Shown: in pieces, positions 1 to 11,930 of the stretch
Layout: the number at the start of each line of letters is the position of its first letter
Position numbering within the stretch: the first letter of the stretch is position 1
DNA from: Octopus bimaculoides
Lineage: Eukaryota
DNA: 64,000 nt
Assembly (NCBI RefSeq): GCF_001194135.2
Contig: NC_068989.1
Location: 50,433,273 to 50,497,272, forward strand
Direction: 5' to 3'
Position numbers and translations under genes: made by a program
The notes under the pieces: model-generated
What the model was told of the DNA's origin: nothing
The model's database searches: none
What the model saw: only the letters and a program-made list of their open reading frames with translations

Positions 1-92
1 GGAATTAGGCTGATATACCCTCAAGAATTCTTCAGGTGTCTTGGGAAAATTTCGAACCTGGGTTCTCATTCCTAAGTTATTTTTCGATGTTG

Positions 93-153
<61 letters not shown>

Positions 154-256
154 CATTATTATTATTATTATTGTTATTGTTCAGGTCACTGCTTGGAATC
201 GAACTCAGTGTCTTGGGGTTAGTAACCTGCGCTCTTAACCATTACGCCATATGTCC
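1..256 (-). mobile_element. tRNA-headed SINE-like element: tRNA-like head (181-256), internal (AAT)n, Penelope-like tail (left arm of an inverted structure)
   Basis: Minus strand reads GGACATATGGCGTAATGGTTAAGAGCGC...GAGTTCGATTCCAAGCAGTGACCTGAA (A-box TGGCGTAATGG, B-box GTTCGATTCC), then (AAT)n, then a segment whose 8-72 part is the inverse of 259-323. Confidence 0.7.
99..172. repeat. (ATT)n microsatellite
   Basis: Directly visible. Confidence 0.95.
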
Positions 257-258
257 GT

Positions 259-392
259 GGAATGAGAACCGAAGTTCGAAATTTCCCCAAGCCACCTGAA
301 GAAGGCTGGAGAGTATATCAGCCGAAACGTTGTGTTAACAACAAACAAAATGAGGACATATATCCGTCGAATGTAAATAATGTAAATAATGT
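259..392 (+). mobile_element. Penelope-like terminal segment carrying a hammerhead motif (right arm of inverted structure)
   Basis: 259-323 is the reverse complement of 8-72 (8 mismatches in 65 nt); contains CTGAAGA-stem-GAAAC and ends in an (AATGTAAAT)n tail. Confidence 0.6.
291..336 (+). ncRNA. Minimal type I hammerhead ribozyme candidate (intact core)
   Basis: Stem I GCCAC/GTGTT (one mismatch); core CTGAAGA 296-302 plus extra A; stem II GGCTG 304-308/CAGCC 319-323; GAAAC 324-328; palindromic ACGT stem III; GUU triplet 329-331. Confidence 0.6.
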
Positions 393-804
393 AAAAGTAC
401 TATTTGTTCTAATATTTCGGTTAACCTATCCCTTTCAAAAGTGCTCAGATATCAAGAGAAGCGAAAGTGAACAATGTTGTCATGTTGATTCCATTTGTGT
501 TGAATGCAATATTATAGTACCATATATAATGCATGGAGCAATTTGTGGCGAGTTTTGTGTTTGATGAAGATTTCATGTGAATGAGAGAAATCCTTTTAAT
601 TGTAGTCAGAAACAACGGTTGCAACAAATTGCTACAATATTCACTTTCTCTTCATTTGTAACAGGTTTTATGAAAGAATGAATAGTTGAAGAACGGGTCG
701 CACATAACTTACATGTCACTCTAAAAGCATATACCTCGCCCATTTTTCTTCTCTTAATACATTTCAGTGGGATGATCACAATCTAAATTTCATTTGGCTG
801 TTTT

Positions 805-1028
805 GTTCCCAGTCACAGATGCTGGATTTAGTCCCACTGCGTGGCATCTTCGGCAAGTGTCTTCTACAATAGGCTTAGTCCGACCGAAAATTTGTGCGTG
901 GATTTGGCAGACGGAAACCGAAAGAAGCACATCGTATATATGTATATATACGTGTGTGTGTGTCGCTGTATCTCTGTACCCACCACCGCCTGACAACCAG
1001 TGTTGTTATGTTTACGTCCTCGTAACAG
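805..1028 (+). mobile_element. tRNA-derived SINE, family A (5'/central part)
   Basis: TTTAGTCCCACTGCGTGGCATCTTCGGCAAGTGTCTTCTAC...GGAAACCGAAAGAAGC matches the copies at 10519 and 22885. Confidence 0.8.
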
Positions 1029-1644
1029 GATTTAAAAAGTAAGTACTCAAGTCGATACATTTGACTAAAACTCGACAAGATATCTCAGTATAGGCACAGA
1101 CTGAAACAACGATAAGATAAACGATAACATTCCAATACATTTGCTATTGATATTATCGTTTAAAATGTGCAATCTTTTATAATCAAGCATTGCGCATTGT
1201 TTTATTTCGATCAACATTAACGGCCTATGTTCGCATTTGCTGGTGGAGGTGTTGTCTCCTTCACAACCTACAGTTATAATGCCTTTATGTCTCTATGCAT
1301 CTAAATTCTCTTTCTAGTGCATGCATTCTAGTCACTGCTACCAATACATACATATGCATTTTTTCTTATTCATATTTGATACAAGTTGTAAACTGTATCT
1401 TCTAGCATATTTAACTACTTCTCATCGTCTTTCTTTTCTTCTCTTGTCTTCATTATTCGTTTTATCTTTTTTCACGCTCTTCACTACGTACCCGGGATCT
1501 TTACTCTTCCTTTATAGAGCAAACATTCACAAATGAATAAAATATATATATAACAGATAAATATAACACCTGAGGAGATACAACTTGGCCCCCTTATACG
1601 GGTAAACCGTTGCTTAATTTAAATCCTGTGTATATGTGGATCGT

Positions 1645-1725
1645 GGGTCGATTTGCTCGACTAAAGGCGGTGCTCCAAATGGCCGCAGTCAAATGACTGA
1701 AGCAAGTAAAAGAGTAAAGAGAGAG
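1645..1725 (+). mobile_element. SINE family A, 3' tail fragment
   Basis: GGGTCGATTTGCTCGACTAAAGGCGGTGCTCC...GCAGTCAAATGACTGAAGCAAGTAAAAGAG matches 10841-10900. Confidence 0.8.
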
Positions 1726-3179
1726 AAAGAGCATATATATGTATATATATATAGGAGAGTATATATATATATATATATATATNNNNNNNNNNNNNNNNNN
1801 NNNNNNNNNNNNNNNNNNNNNNNNNNNNNNNNNNNNNNNNNNNNNNNNNNNNNNNNNNNNNNNNNNNNNNNNNNNNNNNNNNNNNNNNNNNNNNNNNNNN
1901 NNNNNNNNNNNNNNNNNNNNNNNNNNNNNNNNNNNNNNNNNNNNNNNNNNNNNNNNNNNNNNNNNTATATATACACATATATATATATAGGCACATGCTG
2001 GCGTGTTTGTACGTATGTATCTAATAAGGTTACTAGAAAGTTCACTATCTCGCACTGATTTATATTTTCGTCCGAATTGGAAATCCTCGAACTGTGAAAT
2101 TTCGAAAACTGAAGTTTACTTCATTTGTAGCTTGAGATTCTGTCTGTGCTTGCGGTGCTTGCGTATGGATATGTAAGTGTGATTTTGTGGTCCGATAAGT
2201 CTATAAAATAAATATTTTATTCAGCTACTGGAAAATAGAACTGCAAAACTTTGATTTGTCAGGCAAAAAGCTGGTAGAATACAGAGCAGAGTGGTGAAAT
2301 AATTAAAAATAGATAAACTAAAATTATGTAGATTTGTTTGTGGAAAATATTCGAAGATGCATGAAATTGATTGTTAGAAAAATCATGGCTTTCGCCTGAA
2401 ATATTAAGTGTTGCGTGTAGAACGTGATATGATATATGTATGAACTGTTTTGAGTGTGAAAACACAGTGAGTCAATTTGTTTTGGATACAAAGGAGGTCA
2501 GAAATTAAAGTAAAGAATGTTGTGGTCTGTGGTATATGATCGTTTATTTTAAAACAAATTAATTTATTTATCAGCAGAAATATAAAATGTGTTGTTTCGT
2601 AGCCAAACTGAAAATTACGTTAATCTTTATGTAAGACTTAGAGAAATATTAGAGAAGGGAAGAGAGAAGTGCAGATCGATTATAGCGACATAGTTACTGA
2701 TATAGATGCTTATGTGGCGGTACAGAGATAAACATAGGCACACGCATCCATGTACATAGAAGTCGAGCATACTTTAGAAACGTGATATGAATACACTATT
2801 ATTCACGTATATACGCATAAATTAGTATATAGCTATATTCAGACATAGATGGCTGGATACTCATGAATACAAACATATACACTCACGTAATTGTATGTAC
2901 GTATGTATGTACATATANNNNNNNNNNNNNNNNNNNNNNNNNNNNNNNNNNNNNNNNNNNNNNNNNNNNNNNNNNNNNNNNNNNNNNNNNNNNNNNNNNN
3001 NNNNNNNNNNNNNNNNNGACATGTGGATGTGGAAATATGTGTATGTATGTGGGAGTAGAGGCAGGAGTACATATAACCATAGCATTGCAGATAAATATCA
3101 ATTTAGAGACGACATAACACTGAAATTCATCAATATAGCAATGAATATATTGGCAACGTAAAGTCGAGAATCAATCAGA

Positions 3180-4130
3180 CTTGTAAAGCGGAGCAATTGT
3201 CAGAGTTGTCATATTCTACGGTTGCAGAATGTAGTGTTTATGGTTGTGTTTCTGTGTCAAGTATTTATTTGCAGTGAATACCCAGATGGTCTGGATGACA
3301 AATGGAGCTGTGGAGTAGGAAATTTGAATAAGTTAGTCTAGAAGAGGGAAATGCATTTGTATAATGAAAGAATCGTTTGCTAAATTCAGTAAGTACCTGG
3401 CTGAGTTACTGTTATGTGGAAGCTGGATACGAGATTGCATTGTTAGTGTTACTGTCTGTTTGTAGCTAACGTTTTGTTCCTCACGGAGTTTTATTTTATA
3501 TTGTCTTTAATTTCAATAAGTTCTAGTCGTTGTTATAAAATTCATATCGACTGTCAATGATCAAATAATTGTTTTAAAATTCTTGATATGAATAGAATTT
3601 GTTTTCTTGTTTTTAAGAGAAAAAAGAGAAGCATTTTCGTTGGAGGATAACTTCTAGGTTTCTGTTCATGGAATAGGTGCTAGTTCAGTGTTTGGAATTT
3701 AGGTTGAATATAGATAATACATTGATGGGGAATGTTTGTGAAGAATGAAGTGTAATGTAATCTGCGTAAGAGGAAGTGTATTTGAAAACGATGATAAGTA
3801 AGTGATTGATGTAGAGAAGGAAGAAAGTGGGATTGAACCATACTATCGGGTATTCCAGTGTTTATAGAGTGGGATACAGAAAGAGCACCATCAACACACT
3901 CTGCAATAGTGCAATTCGTTAGGAAGCTGCTGTTCCATGAGATGAAACACGCGTGGATTCCGGAGGTGGGTAGCTTTGGTAGGAGATCCCCGTTCTAGAC
4001 ACTATCGGAAGCTTTACTGGTGACAAGGATGATAACATTAGTTTCACTAAAATTCTCTATGGTGAGATATCACGTATGTGGAACTTTACGGAAGCTGTTT
4101 TAAGACTGAAAGTTTAGTCAGTACGTAGGT
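3180..4130 (-). mobile_element. Decayed CR1/L2/Jockey-group LINE reverse transcriptase relic
   Basis: Minus-strand translation gives FSETNVIILVTSKASDSV*NGDLLPKLPTSG...ISWNSSFLTNCTIAECVDGALSVSHSINTGIP and PTFFLLYINHL, resembling RT motifs DISKAFDRV and GVPQGSVL.P.LFLLYINDL. Confidence 0.55.
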
Positions 4131-5719
4131 CACAAAAAACTTCACAACAGAAACATTTATCCTAATACATGAATGACATATTAAGCGTGATGAGTTGTTT
4201 ACTCTTAAGAGTAAAATATATTTCCCTCTTTCTGTCTTTTCGGAGAATTATTTCGGTTGTAAATTATTGGACATGCATAAGCTACCGAACTGTACGGACG
4301 AATGAACCTGTGAGGTCCACAGCACCAGCTTCAATTGTCCACTGTTTGTCTGACTGTATATATCTGTCTGACTGATCGCAGGATTGTGAATTCAGCGTGA
4401 CAGTATGCGGCATAGGTCAAGTATGCAACTATATATTAGAAGCTCTCGAACCGGTAATGATATTAACATCAAAGCATGTGCAGTTGTATTTAACAAGCCT
4501 CCGTACATACAAACGTATAACTATCTAGTCAACGTAAACTGTCTCGGGAGAGTAATTCTGGTTATAGACAATATTTCTAAAAGCACACATTAGTCTATGA
4601 CTTCACCGAATTGTAGGACACGGGTTTCTTCTTCTTATGCTCCGTTATTTACAGACAGCGAATCTGTTTAGATATAAGAAACACAGTCGGTCTACAAACA
4701 ACGGATTCAGTGACTGAGCTGATATGCATGACAACGCAGAAATCCGTGTTCAGCAATTCGATGACGTCATTCGTTTTTTAGCGCCGTGTCATTTCACACA
4801 TGTTTATGAGGAGAATTTTCTCTGCGGAAAATTTCCACAGCGAAGGTTAAGTTTACAAGAACATGACAAATATGAACGTGCAGAACTTTACACAAACAGA
4901 CAAGCACACACACTCACACACACATACACACATACACACGCACACACACTGAAACACACACACGCTCCCGTAATCTTACATGCATATGAACACTTCGCAC
5001 ACGCACACGCACACACAGAGATATGTGTGTGTATGTATATACTTGCATACATACAAAATTATATGCAGATATGTGAAGAAAATGGGCTCTAATTTGAAAA
5101 TAGCTTATGTTGTGTCGCTATGATACGTTTATGGTACGTTTTTTGCGTGTATGTATAAATTTTTGTCGGTAAAGAACATTTCCGTCTTCGTTATTTCCAT
5201 GAAGTAGTGTTCCATTTTTTATTCAATAAATGAAATAACTCTTCAAACATGAAGCCAATATGGAAACAAGCAACGAAATATGTCAAAAGCAAATTAGCTA
5301 TATGATTTTTCAAGCAACAACAATGGCGACAACAATAACCACAACAATTTTCGAAGAAATAATAATGCAAGCACGAATACCACTAAATTTTGAACTTTCT
5401 ACTGAAACCCGACTGGAGAAAAAAAAACCCTCTGAAAAAATGTGATTTCGTCCATAAAATATTCATGAATAGTTTTGTCTGAATTTAAAATGGTTAGTTT
5501 GGTGCCAGTATTTCATAAGCAGAATATTCTTGCTAATATAGCTGCTTTTAAAAAATATATTTGCTTCCTGTCATTGTAAGAAATGGTTATATTTCATGTC
5601 GAAATTGAAATTTTTTTGTTTATTTTACGATTTCTTTTTTCTCTGCTGCTGCCGTATCTTAAAGGGAAATGAAGTTTAAAGAGAATAGGGATATGGGCTT
5701 CAATATGATTTTTATAGCT

Positions 5720-5808
5720 ATTATTATTATTATCATTATTATTATCATCATCATCATCATCATCATCATTATTATTTTTGTTATTATTATTATTATTATT
5801 ATTATTTT
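5720..5808. repeat. (ATT)n/(CAT)n compound microsatellite
   Basis: Directly visible. Confidence 0.9.
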
Positions 5809-6245
5809 TTATCGTCATTGCTATATCCATTGTTTTTTTTTTTGTTATAAGAGTGTTATTTTTACTGCGTGCTTCGACTCCATAATCGGACATAGTGATG
5901 GGCGCCTGCAATGTGCAATTTGATTTTTAAAAAAATATTTTCTATCACATGTGCGTTACAATGTGTCGATAAATCTTTACATACAATGGGTACATCATCT
6001 GATATTGCGATTTCTTTGTGTTTCCTATATATACGGAAGTTATGTGACATCCTTCACATGCTTACACAGCCGAAGGCAATGTTACAATGAGTGTGTACCC
6101 CATTCCGAGATATTTTGATAACATACTTAAATGTAATACCTTCGTTTTCAAAGTATTTTAATGCTTTCGTAGATCTTGTTTTTATGTTAAACGCTCTTTT
6201 TGTATCCTTTTCGATTAACCATTTCTCTCTCTCTCTCTCTCTCTT

Positions 6246-6282
<37 letters not shown>

Positions 6283-6931
6283 NNNNNNNNNNNNNNNNNN
6301 NNNNNNNNNNNNNNNNNNNNNNNNNNNNNNNNNNNNNNNNNNNNNNNNNNNNNNNNNNNNNNNNNNNNNNNNNNNNNNNNNNNNNNNNNNATATATAGTA
6401 AGACCATATATATAAAGTTCTTATTTATTATATAACTCTTCTTTAATATAAATAACACTTTATCATTTTTACTTCAATTATGTGAATGGAGGGAAACAGG
6501 TGTCGAAATATAATCATCTCCTCACATTGAAACCTCTTTTGCTCTATGTATATTGCACTTTTAATCTTGGTGTATTTATTCAGTGTGAAGGTTCGTTGGG
6601 GAGCCTGCAAAACTATAAGCATTATCACTAAGCAGGATTGATATATTAATAAAAACAAACATACCCAGACAGGTGAGTTGTGGTAACTATATGATTATGG
6701 GACAAGATGCTTTGATATCTTCAATAACCCTTTGCGTGTAATGAGTGTTAAGATTATTTTGCTAACCTCACCAAAACGCATGCAACGAAATTGATTCGTG
6801 TTTGGCCAGAACCTTAAGGATGCCTTTCTCTCTTCCTACCACATGTAGAAAAGATCCGTAAAATGCAATGAGGTTTGTATTCTCTGTTCCCTACATGAAT
6901 AAGAAATGTCATTCCTTTATTTTGCACTGGA

Positions 6932-9225
6932 CAAATTATTTGTTCATAGAACTTCCCTTAATAATTTGTTGATAGATCTTCCACTAATAATTCGCACTAT
7001 TGATTATCTGTGTATAGATCTACCCTTAATAATTTGTTCATAGATCTTCCCTGAACAATTTGCTAATGGATATCCCATTAATAATTTGTACATAGATCTT
7101 CCACTAATAATTTGTTCAATAGATCTCAACTTAATAATCTGTTCATAGATGTCTCCTTAATAATTTGTTCATAGAACGTCCCTTGATTATTTGTTCATGG
7201 ATCATCACTTAATAATTTGCTCATAATTCTTCCCTAACAAATTTGTTCATAGATTTCCTCTTAATAATGTGTTCATAGATCTACCATTAAGGATTTGTTA
7301 ATTGAATGGATGTTCTCTTAATGAGTTGTTCCTAGATCTTACCTTAACAACCTGATCATAGATCTCCCCTTGCTAATTTGTTCATAGACCTTCACGTAAT
7401 TATTCAGATCTTACTTTAAAATTGTTTCATACACCTACATTTAGTATTTTGTTCATAAATCTTCGCCTAATGATTTGTTCATTGATTTCCATTAATAATT
7501 TGTGCATAGATCCGCCCTTAATAATTTGTTCATATATCTTCCCTTCATAATTTTTTAACAGATCTATCCTTAAAAATTTGTTCATAGATCTTCCCTTAAA
7601 AACTTGTTCATAGATCTAGCTTAATAAATTCTTTATAGATCTTCACTTAATAATTTTCCACATGTCTCTCCTTAATACTTCGTTCATATATCTTCCCTTA
7701 ATATATTCCTCATAGATATTCCTTTAATAATCTATTCATGGTTCATTCCTTAATAATTTGTTCTTACGTCATTCTTTGATTACTCGTTCATAGATCAACT
7801 AGTAATAATCTGTGCATAAATCTTCAATTAATACTTTGTTCATAGATCATCTCTTAAGGATTTGTACGACTTAGCAATTTAATCATACATGTCCCTTTTT
7901 CAAAAGATCATTTCTTCATAATCTGTTCATAGATCACCCCCTTATAATTTTTTCATAGATCCTTCGTGAATTATTTGTTCATAGATCTTTCCTTAAAAAA
8001 TTGTTCCATAGATCATGGTTAATAATTTATTCATAGATCTCCGATTAATAGTTTTTTCATAAATCTTCACTTAGTAATTTGTTTATAGATTCACCCTTAA
8101 TAATTTGTTCATATATCTTCACTTAATTAATGTTCAATAGATCTTTGTTCCCTTAATGATTAACGTTCAACAGATTTCCCCAATGACGTGTTCATAAATC
8201 TTCTCTTGATTAATAATTTGTTCATAGATATCCACTTAATAACCTTTTCAAGATCTTCACTGAATAATTTGTTTATAGAGCTACAGTTTACAATTTATTC
8301 GTAGATCTTCCCTTAATTGTTTGTTAATAGATCTCCCCTCAATACTTTCTTTACATATCTGCCACTAATAATCTGTTAAGTAGATCTCCCCTTAATAATT
8401 TTTTCATCTATCTTTGCATAGTTATGTTCATACATCATCCCCTAATAACTTGTTGTTACTTCTACCTCTAATAATTTATGCATAGGTCTTCCGTTAACAA
8501 TTTTTTAAATAGTGTTCATAGATCTTCATTTAATAATATGCTCATATATCTACCCTTAATAATTAGTTCCTAAACCTTCCTTTAATAATATGTTCATTGA
8601 TCTACACTTTACAATTTGTTCAATAGATTTTCACTTCAAAATATTTTCATAGAATTACGTTTAATAATTTGTACATAAAACTCCCCTTAATCTTTTCATA
8701 GATCTACCCTTAATAATATTTTCCTAGAACTTCCCTTAATTATTTGTTCCTAGATCTTCCGTTAATAGTTTCTTCATAATTCTTCCCTAAATAATTTGTT
8801 GACAGATAATCCACTAAGAACTTGTCTATAAATTTCTCCTTAATTTTTTCATAGATCTTCATTTAATATTTTGTTCATAGATTTCCGATTACTTATATGT
8901 TCGTAGATCGTCCCTTAATAATTTGTTCATGGATCTAGCCTTAATAGTTTATCCATAGATCTTTACTTAATATTCTCATAGATCTTCCCTTAATAATCTG
9001 TTAGATCAGCCCGTAATAATTTGTTGATAGATCTTCCCTTTAGTTCATAGATCCCCTCTTAATAATTTCTTCTAAGATCTACCCTTAATAATATGTTCAT
9101 AGTTCTTCCTTCAATAATTTGTTCATAAATCTCCCCTTAAAATATGCTCATAGAGCTTCCACCGATACTTTCCTCATAGATCTACCTTCTCCCGTTAACA
9201 ATTCGTTTAATAGATTTTATAATCT
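6932..9225. repeat. Diverged 26-bp minisatellite array (consensus ~TAATAATTTGTTCATAGATCTTCCCT), roughly 85 units
   Basis: The unit recurs head to tail over ~2.3 kb without spacers; copy number estimated from length/26. Confidence 0.93.
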
Positions 9226-9425
9226 TTTAAAAGCCGTATATTTCAGATCTTGCAGCACACTGTACAAACAATGATATTTTTATGACTTGTGAGATAGAAG
9301 TACTGACGTGAAAGGAGTTTATTCACTGAAATTGTAAACAAAGGCAGTGACATGTTTAGACACAAAGGTAGTGATTTCTGGCTAATGAGGCATAAATGTC
9401 GAAACACACGTGTCCCAGAAACTCT
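9195..9425 (+). mobile_element. Possible Penelope-like 3' remnant (GIY-YIG-like C-terminal fragment plus hammerhead)
   Basis: Weak translation ...ISDLAAHCTNNDIFMTCEIEVL resembles the SALA.H...F...EIL end of PLE GIY-YIG domains, ~130 nt upstream of a hammerhead fold. Confidence 0.35.
9375..9421 (+). ncRNA. Type I hammerhead ribozyme fold with G5->A core mutation
   Basis: Stem I TTTCTGG 9375-9381/CCAGAAA 9415-9421 (7 perfect pairs); core CTAATGA; stem II GGCA/TGTC; GAAA; stem III CAC/GTG; GUC triplet 9412-9414. Confidence 0.65.
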
Positions 9426-10055
9426 TGCGTCAATGAGCCAAGTGTGTTATGAACGCGCTGTTGTTGGATAAGGGGGAACAGCAACTGGCCTATCTCTGCT
9501 TGAATCTGCTGGAGAAGATTAAGACTGAATATACAGATCATCGTTTCATATTTTGCTGTACATAATACAAATAATGAATTTCGTATATTTTTAATCCTTT
9601 CTGCGACTCATCCATTTCCTGAATTACAGATTTCTCTCTTTTTCGTTACTGAATTGAATTGTAATTTTTTAAACCTTGGAGTTTCTTATAAGTATTCATT
9701 GCTGCACTCTTAAAAGATTTAGTACCCAAATTATTATCATATTACACTAAATAACATATCGGATTTCTATGTGGATGTACAAAGATAATTGATAATGATT
9801 TTTATCATATCATCTTCCTGCTCCATCTGCACTTTTACACGCAGTACAGCAATTATTTTTCTTGACAATTTTAAATGTCACTAAGTTTCAGACAATAGGA
9901 AGTAGAGCTTCATGCTTTTAAATGGCTTCTTAGCTTTGATAAAAAAGAAAAAAATGATCCGCTATTCTGAATTCATACGTCATTATCGCAGTCGTCATTA
10001 TCAACAGCAACAAAACTGTCAACAAACCTCTTAATTTCATTCATGTATAAGTATA

Positions 10056-10248
10056 TCTTCTTCTTCTTCTTCTTCTTCTTCTTCTTCTTCTTCTTCTTCT
10101 TCTTCTTCCGATGCTTCTTCTTCTTCTTCTTCTTCTTCTTCTTCTTCTTCTTCTTCTTCTTCTTCTTCTTCTTCTTCTTCTTCTTCTTCTTCTTCTTCTT
10201 CTTCTTCTTCTTCTTCTTCTTCTTCTTCTTCTTCTTCTTCTTCTTCTT
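10056..10248. repeat. Long (TTC)n microsatellite
   Basis: ~190 bp, one interruption near 10089. Confidence 0.97.
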
Positions 10249-10518
10249 TGCATTATCATTATCGTTATTATTTTCATTATCATCTTTCAATTCTGTTTCC
10301 ATTTCTTGCCGAGTGTCTTCCTAACACCGAGAGCAGAGAATCGCATTACATACATTGGTAGGCCGTTAAATTAAACACACCAGATCATTTATTTACAAAG
10401 TCATATGATGGAGAGAAAGGGGAAGAAGGACAGAGAGAAAAAGAGAAAATAAAAAATAAAAATGTAAGCAAAGAGAGATCCCTGGTTCGTAACCTGGTGT
10501 TCCCTTCAGGTTTTATAC

Positions 10519-10677
10519 GCAGGTATGGCTGTGTGGTAAGAAACTTGCTTCCCAACCGCATAGCTCCGGGTTCAGTCCCACTGCGTAGCACCTTGGGCAA
10601 GTGTCTTCTTCTATAACCTCGGGCCGACTAAAGCCTTGTGAGTGGATCTGGTAGATTCGTGACTGGATGTGTATATA

Positions 10678-10739
<62 letters not shown>

Positions 10740-10935
10740 GGTTGGAAACTGATGTTGGTGTGTTTGTGTCGACGTAACTAGCGGTTCGGTAAAAAGACAC
10801 CGATAGAATAAGTACTAGGCTTACAAAAAATAAGTCCTGGGGTCGATTTGATCGACTAAAGACGGTGCTCAGGCACGGCTGCAATCAAATGGCTGAAACG
10901 TATAAAATAATGAAAGAATAAAAGAATAAAATAAA
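10519..10935 (+). mobile_element. Full-length tRNA-derived SINE family A with internal (TG)n
   Basis: A-box TGGCTGTGTGG, B-box GGTTCAGTCCC, CORE-like CACCTTGGGCAAGTGTCTTC, internal (TG)n 10680-10738, A-rich tail. Confidence 0.88.
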
Positions 10936-11500
10936 TAAAAGGGAAAAGGGAAAGAAAATTCACAGCGAGAATGCACTTCTGAATACGTGTGACGTACCAG
11001 TTAAGACAATCTTTTGCACTTCCCGCATGGACGGTAATCCAGGGATCATTCTTAAATAATTTTCAGTTCCTTTTTTTCATCATTCCACGTTCTCCTACAA
11101 TCACTGGTACTGTTACCGTCCTGAGTTGCCTTATCTTTTCGATTTCGATTAGCAAGTCTTTATATTTTCTGAGCTTATCATATTCTTTTTGCTGCAATAT
11201 TATGGTCACAGGGTATTCTCATGTCAATCACCGAACAGACTTTGACCATTTTAAATGTCGCTACGTTTCAAACAATACGTAATTTTGCTTCATGCTTTTA
11301 AATGAGTTCTTAGCTTTGAGATAAAACCGCTATTCGTAATTAATATGTCATTATCACGGTCATCATCATCATCATCATCATCAACAGCATCAACAACAGC
11401 AACAACAACAGCAACAACAACAACAACAATAACAGCAACAACAATATCATCAACAACTGCAACAGCGACAATAACAAAAACAATCTTCCTTTCATTCATA

Positions 11501-11930
11501 TATTGGGCCATCCTATAAACATCGCGGGTTTTTATACCTCTTTTATTTTTCAAAATTAAGATAAACAAAGTTTTTTTCATTTAAAGTATACTCTACTTCA
11601 TTTTCTTCAATGCTCTTTCAGTTACCTGGTAGTCATGCAAAGACCCTCTTCCAAGATTCACTTGTCGAGCCGAAAAATACGCCTCCAGTATACTGTTCTG
11701 ACCTCGTCTACAGAATTCATATTGTTTTCCGTCCAAATGATTTTGAATACTGTGGAATAAATGATAATCAGATGGAGCAATGCTCGGCGAATATGATTGG
11801 TAGGGCATCGTTTCCCATTCAAACTGCTCCAGCCTTTGGGATGTCATCCTTGCTGTATGTGGCTGAGCATTATCCTGATGGAAGAACACCTTGCGTCTTG
11901 AAACCAAAGATGTTGTTTTTCTTCTAGCGC
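11501..11930 (-). mobile_element. Mariner (DD34D) transposase C-terminal fossil with 3' TIR
   Basis: HQDNAQPH...YSPSIAPSDYHLF motifs in ORF 11593-11907; TIR-like TATTGGGCCATCC at ~11501-11515. Confidence 0.85.

Noticed and set aside
181-256. Genuine tRNA genes (also the heads at 53800-53884 and 56290-56372)
   Set aside because: A and B boxes are present, but the acceptor stems are not closed and the sequences continue into repeated SINE bodies.
4724-5092. 122-aa ORF and nearby CRE palindrome TGACGTCA (~4762)
   Set aside because: Half the ORF is (CA)n repeat with no domain match; a single 8-mer is expected by chance in 64 kb.
6932-9225. CRISPR-like array
   Set aside because: Units abut directly with no unique spacers, are highly degenerate, there are no cas genes, and the context is eukaryotic.
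9973-10374. Poly-K/R/F/L ORFs and all similar homopolymer or dipeptide ORFs in the track
   Set aside because: These are artefacts of microsatellites and N-gaps lacking stop codons.
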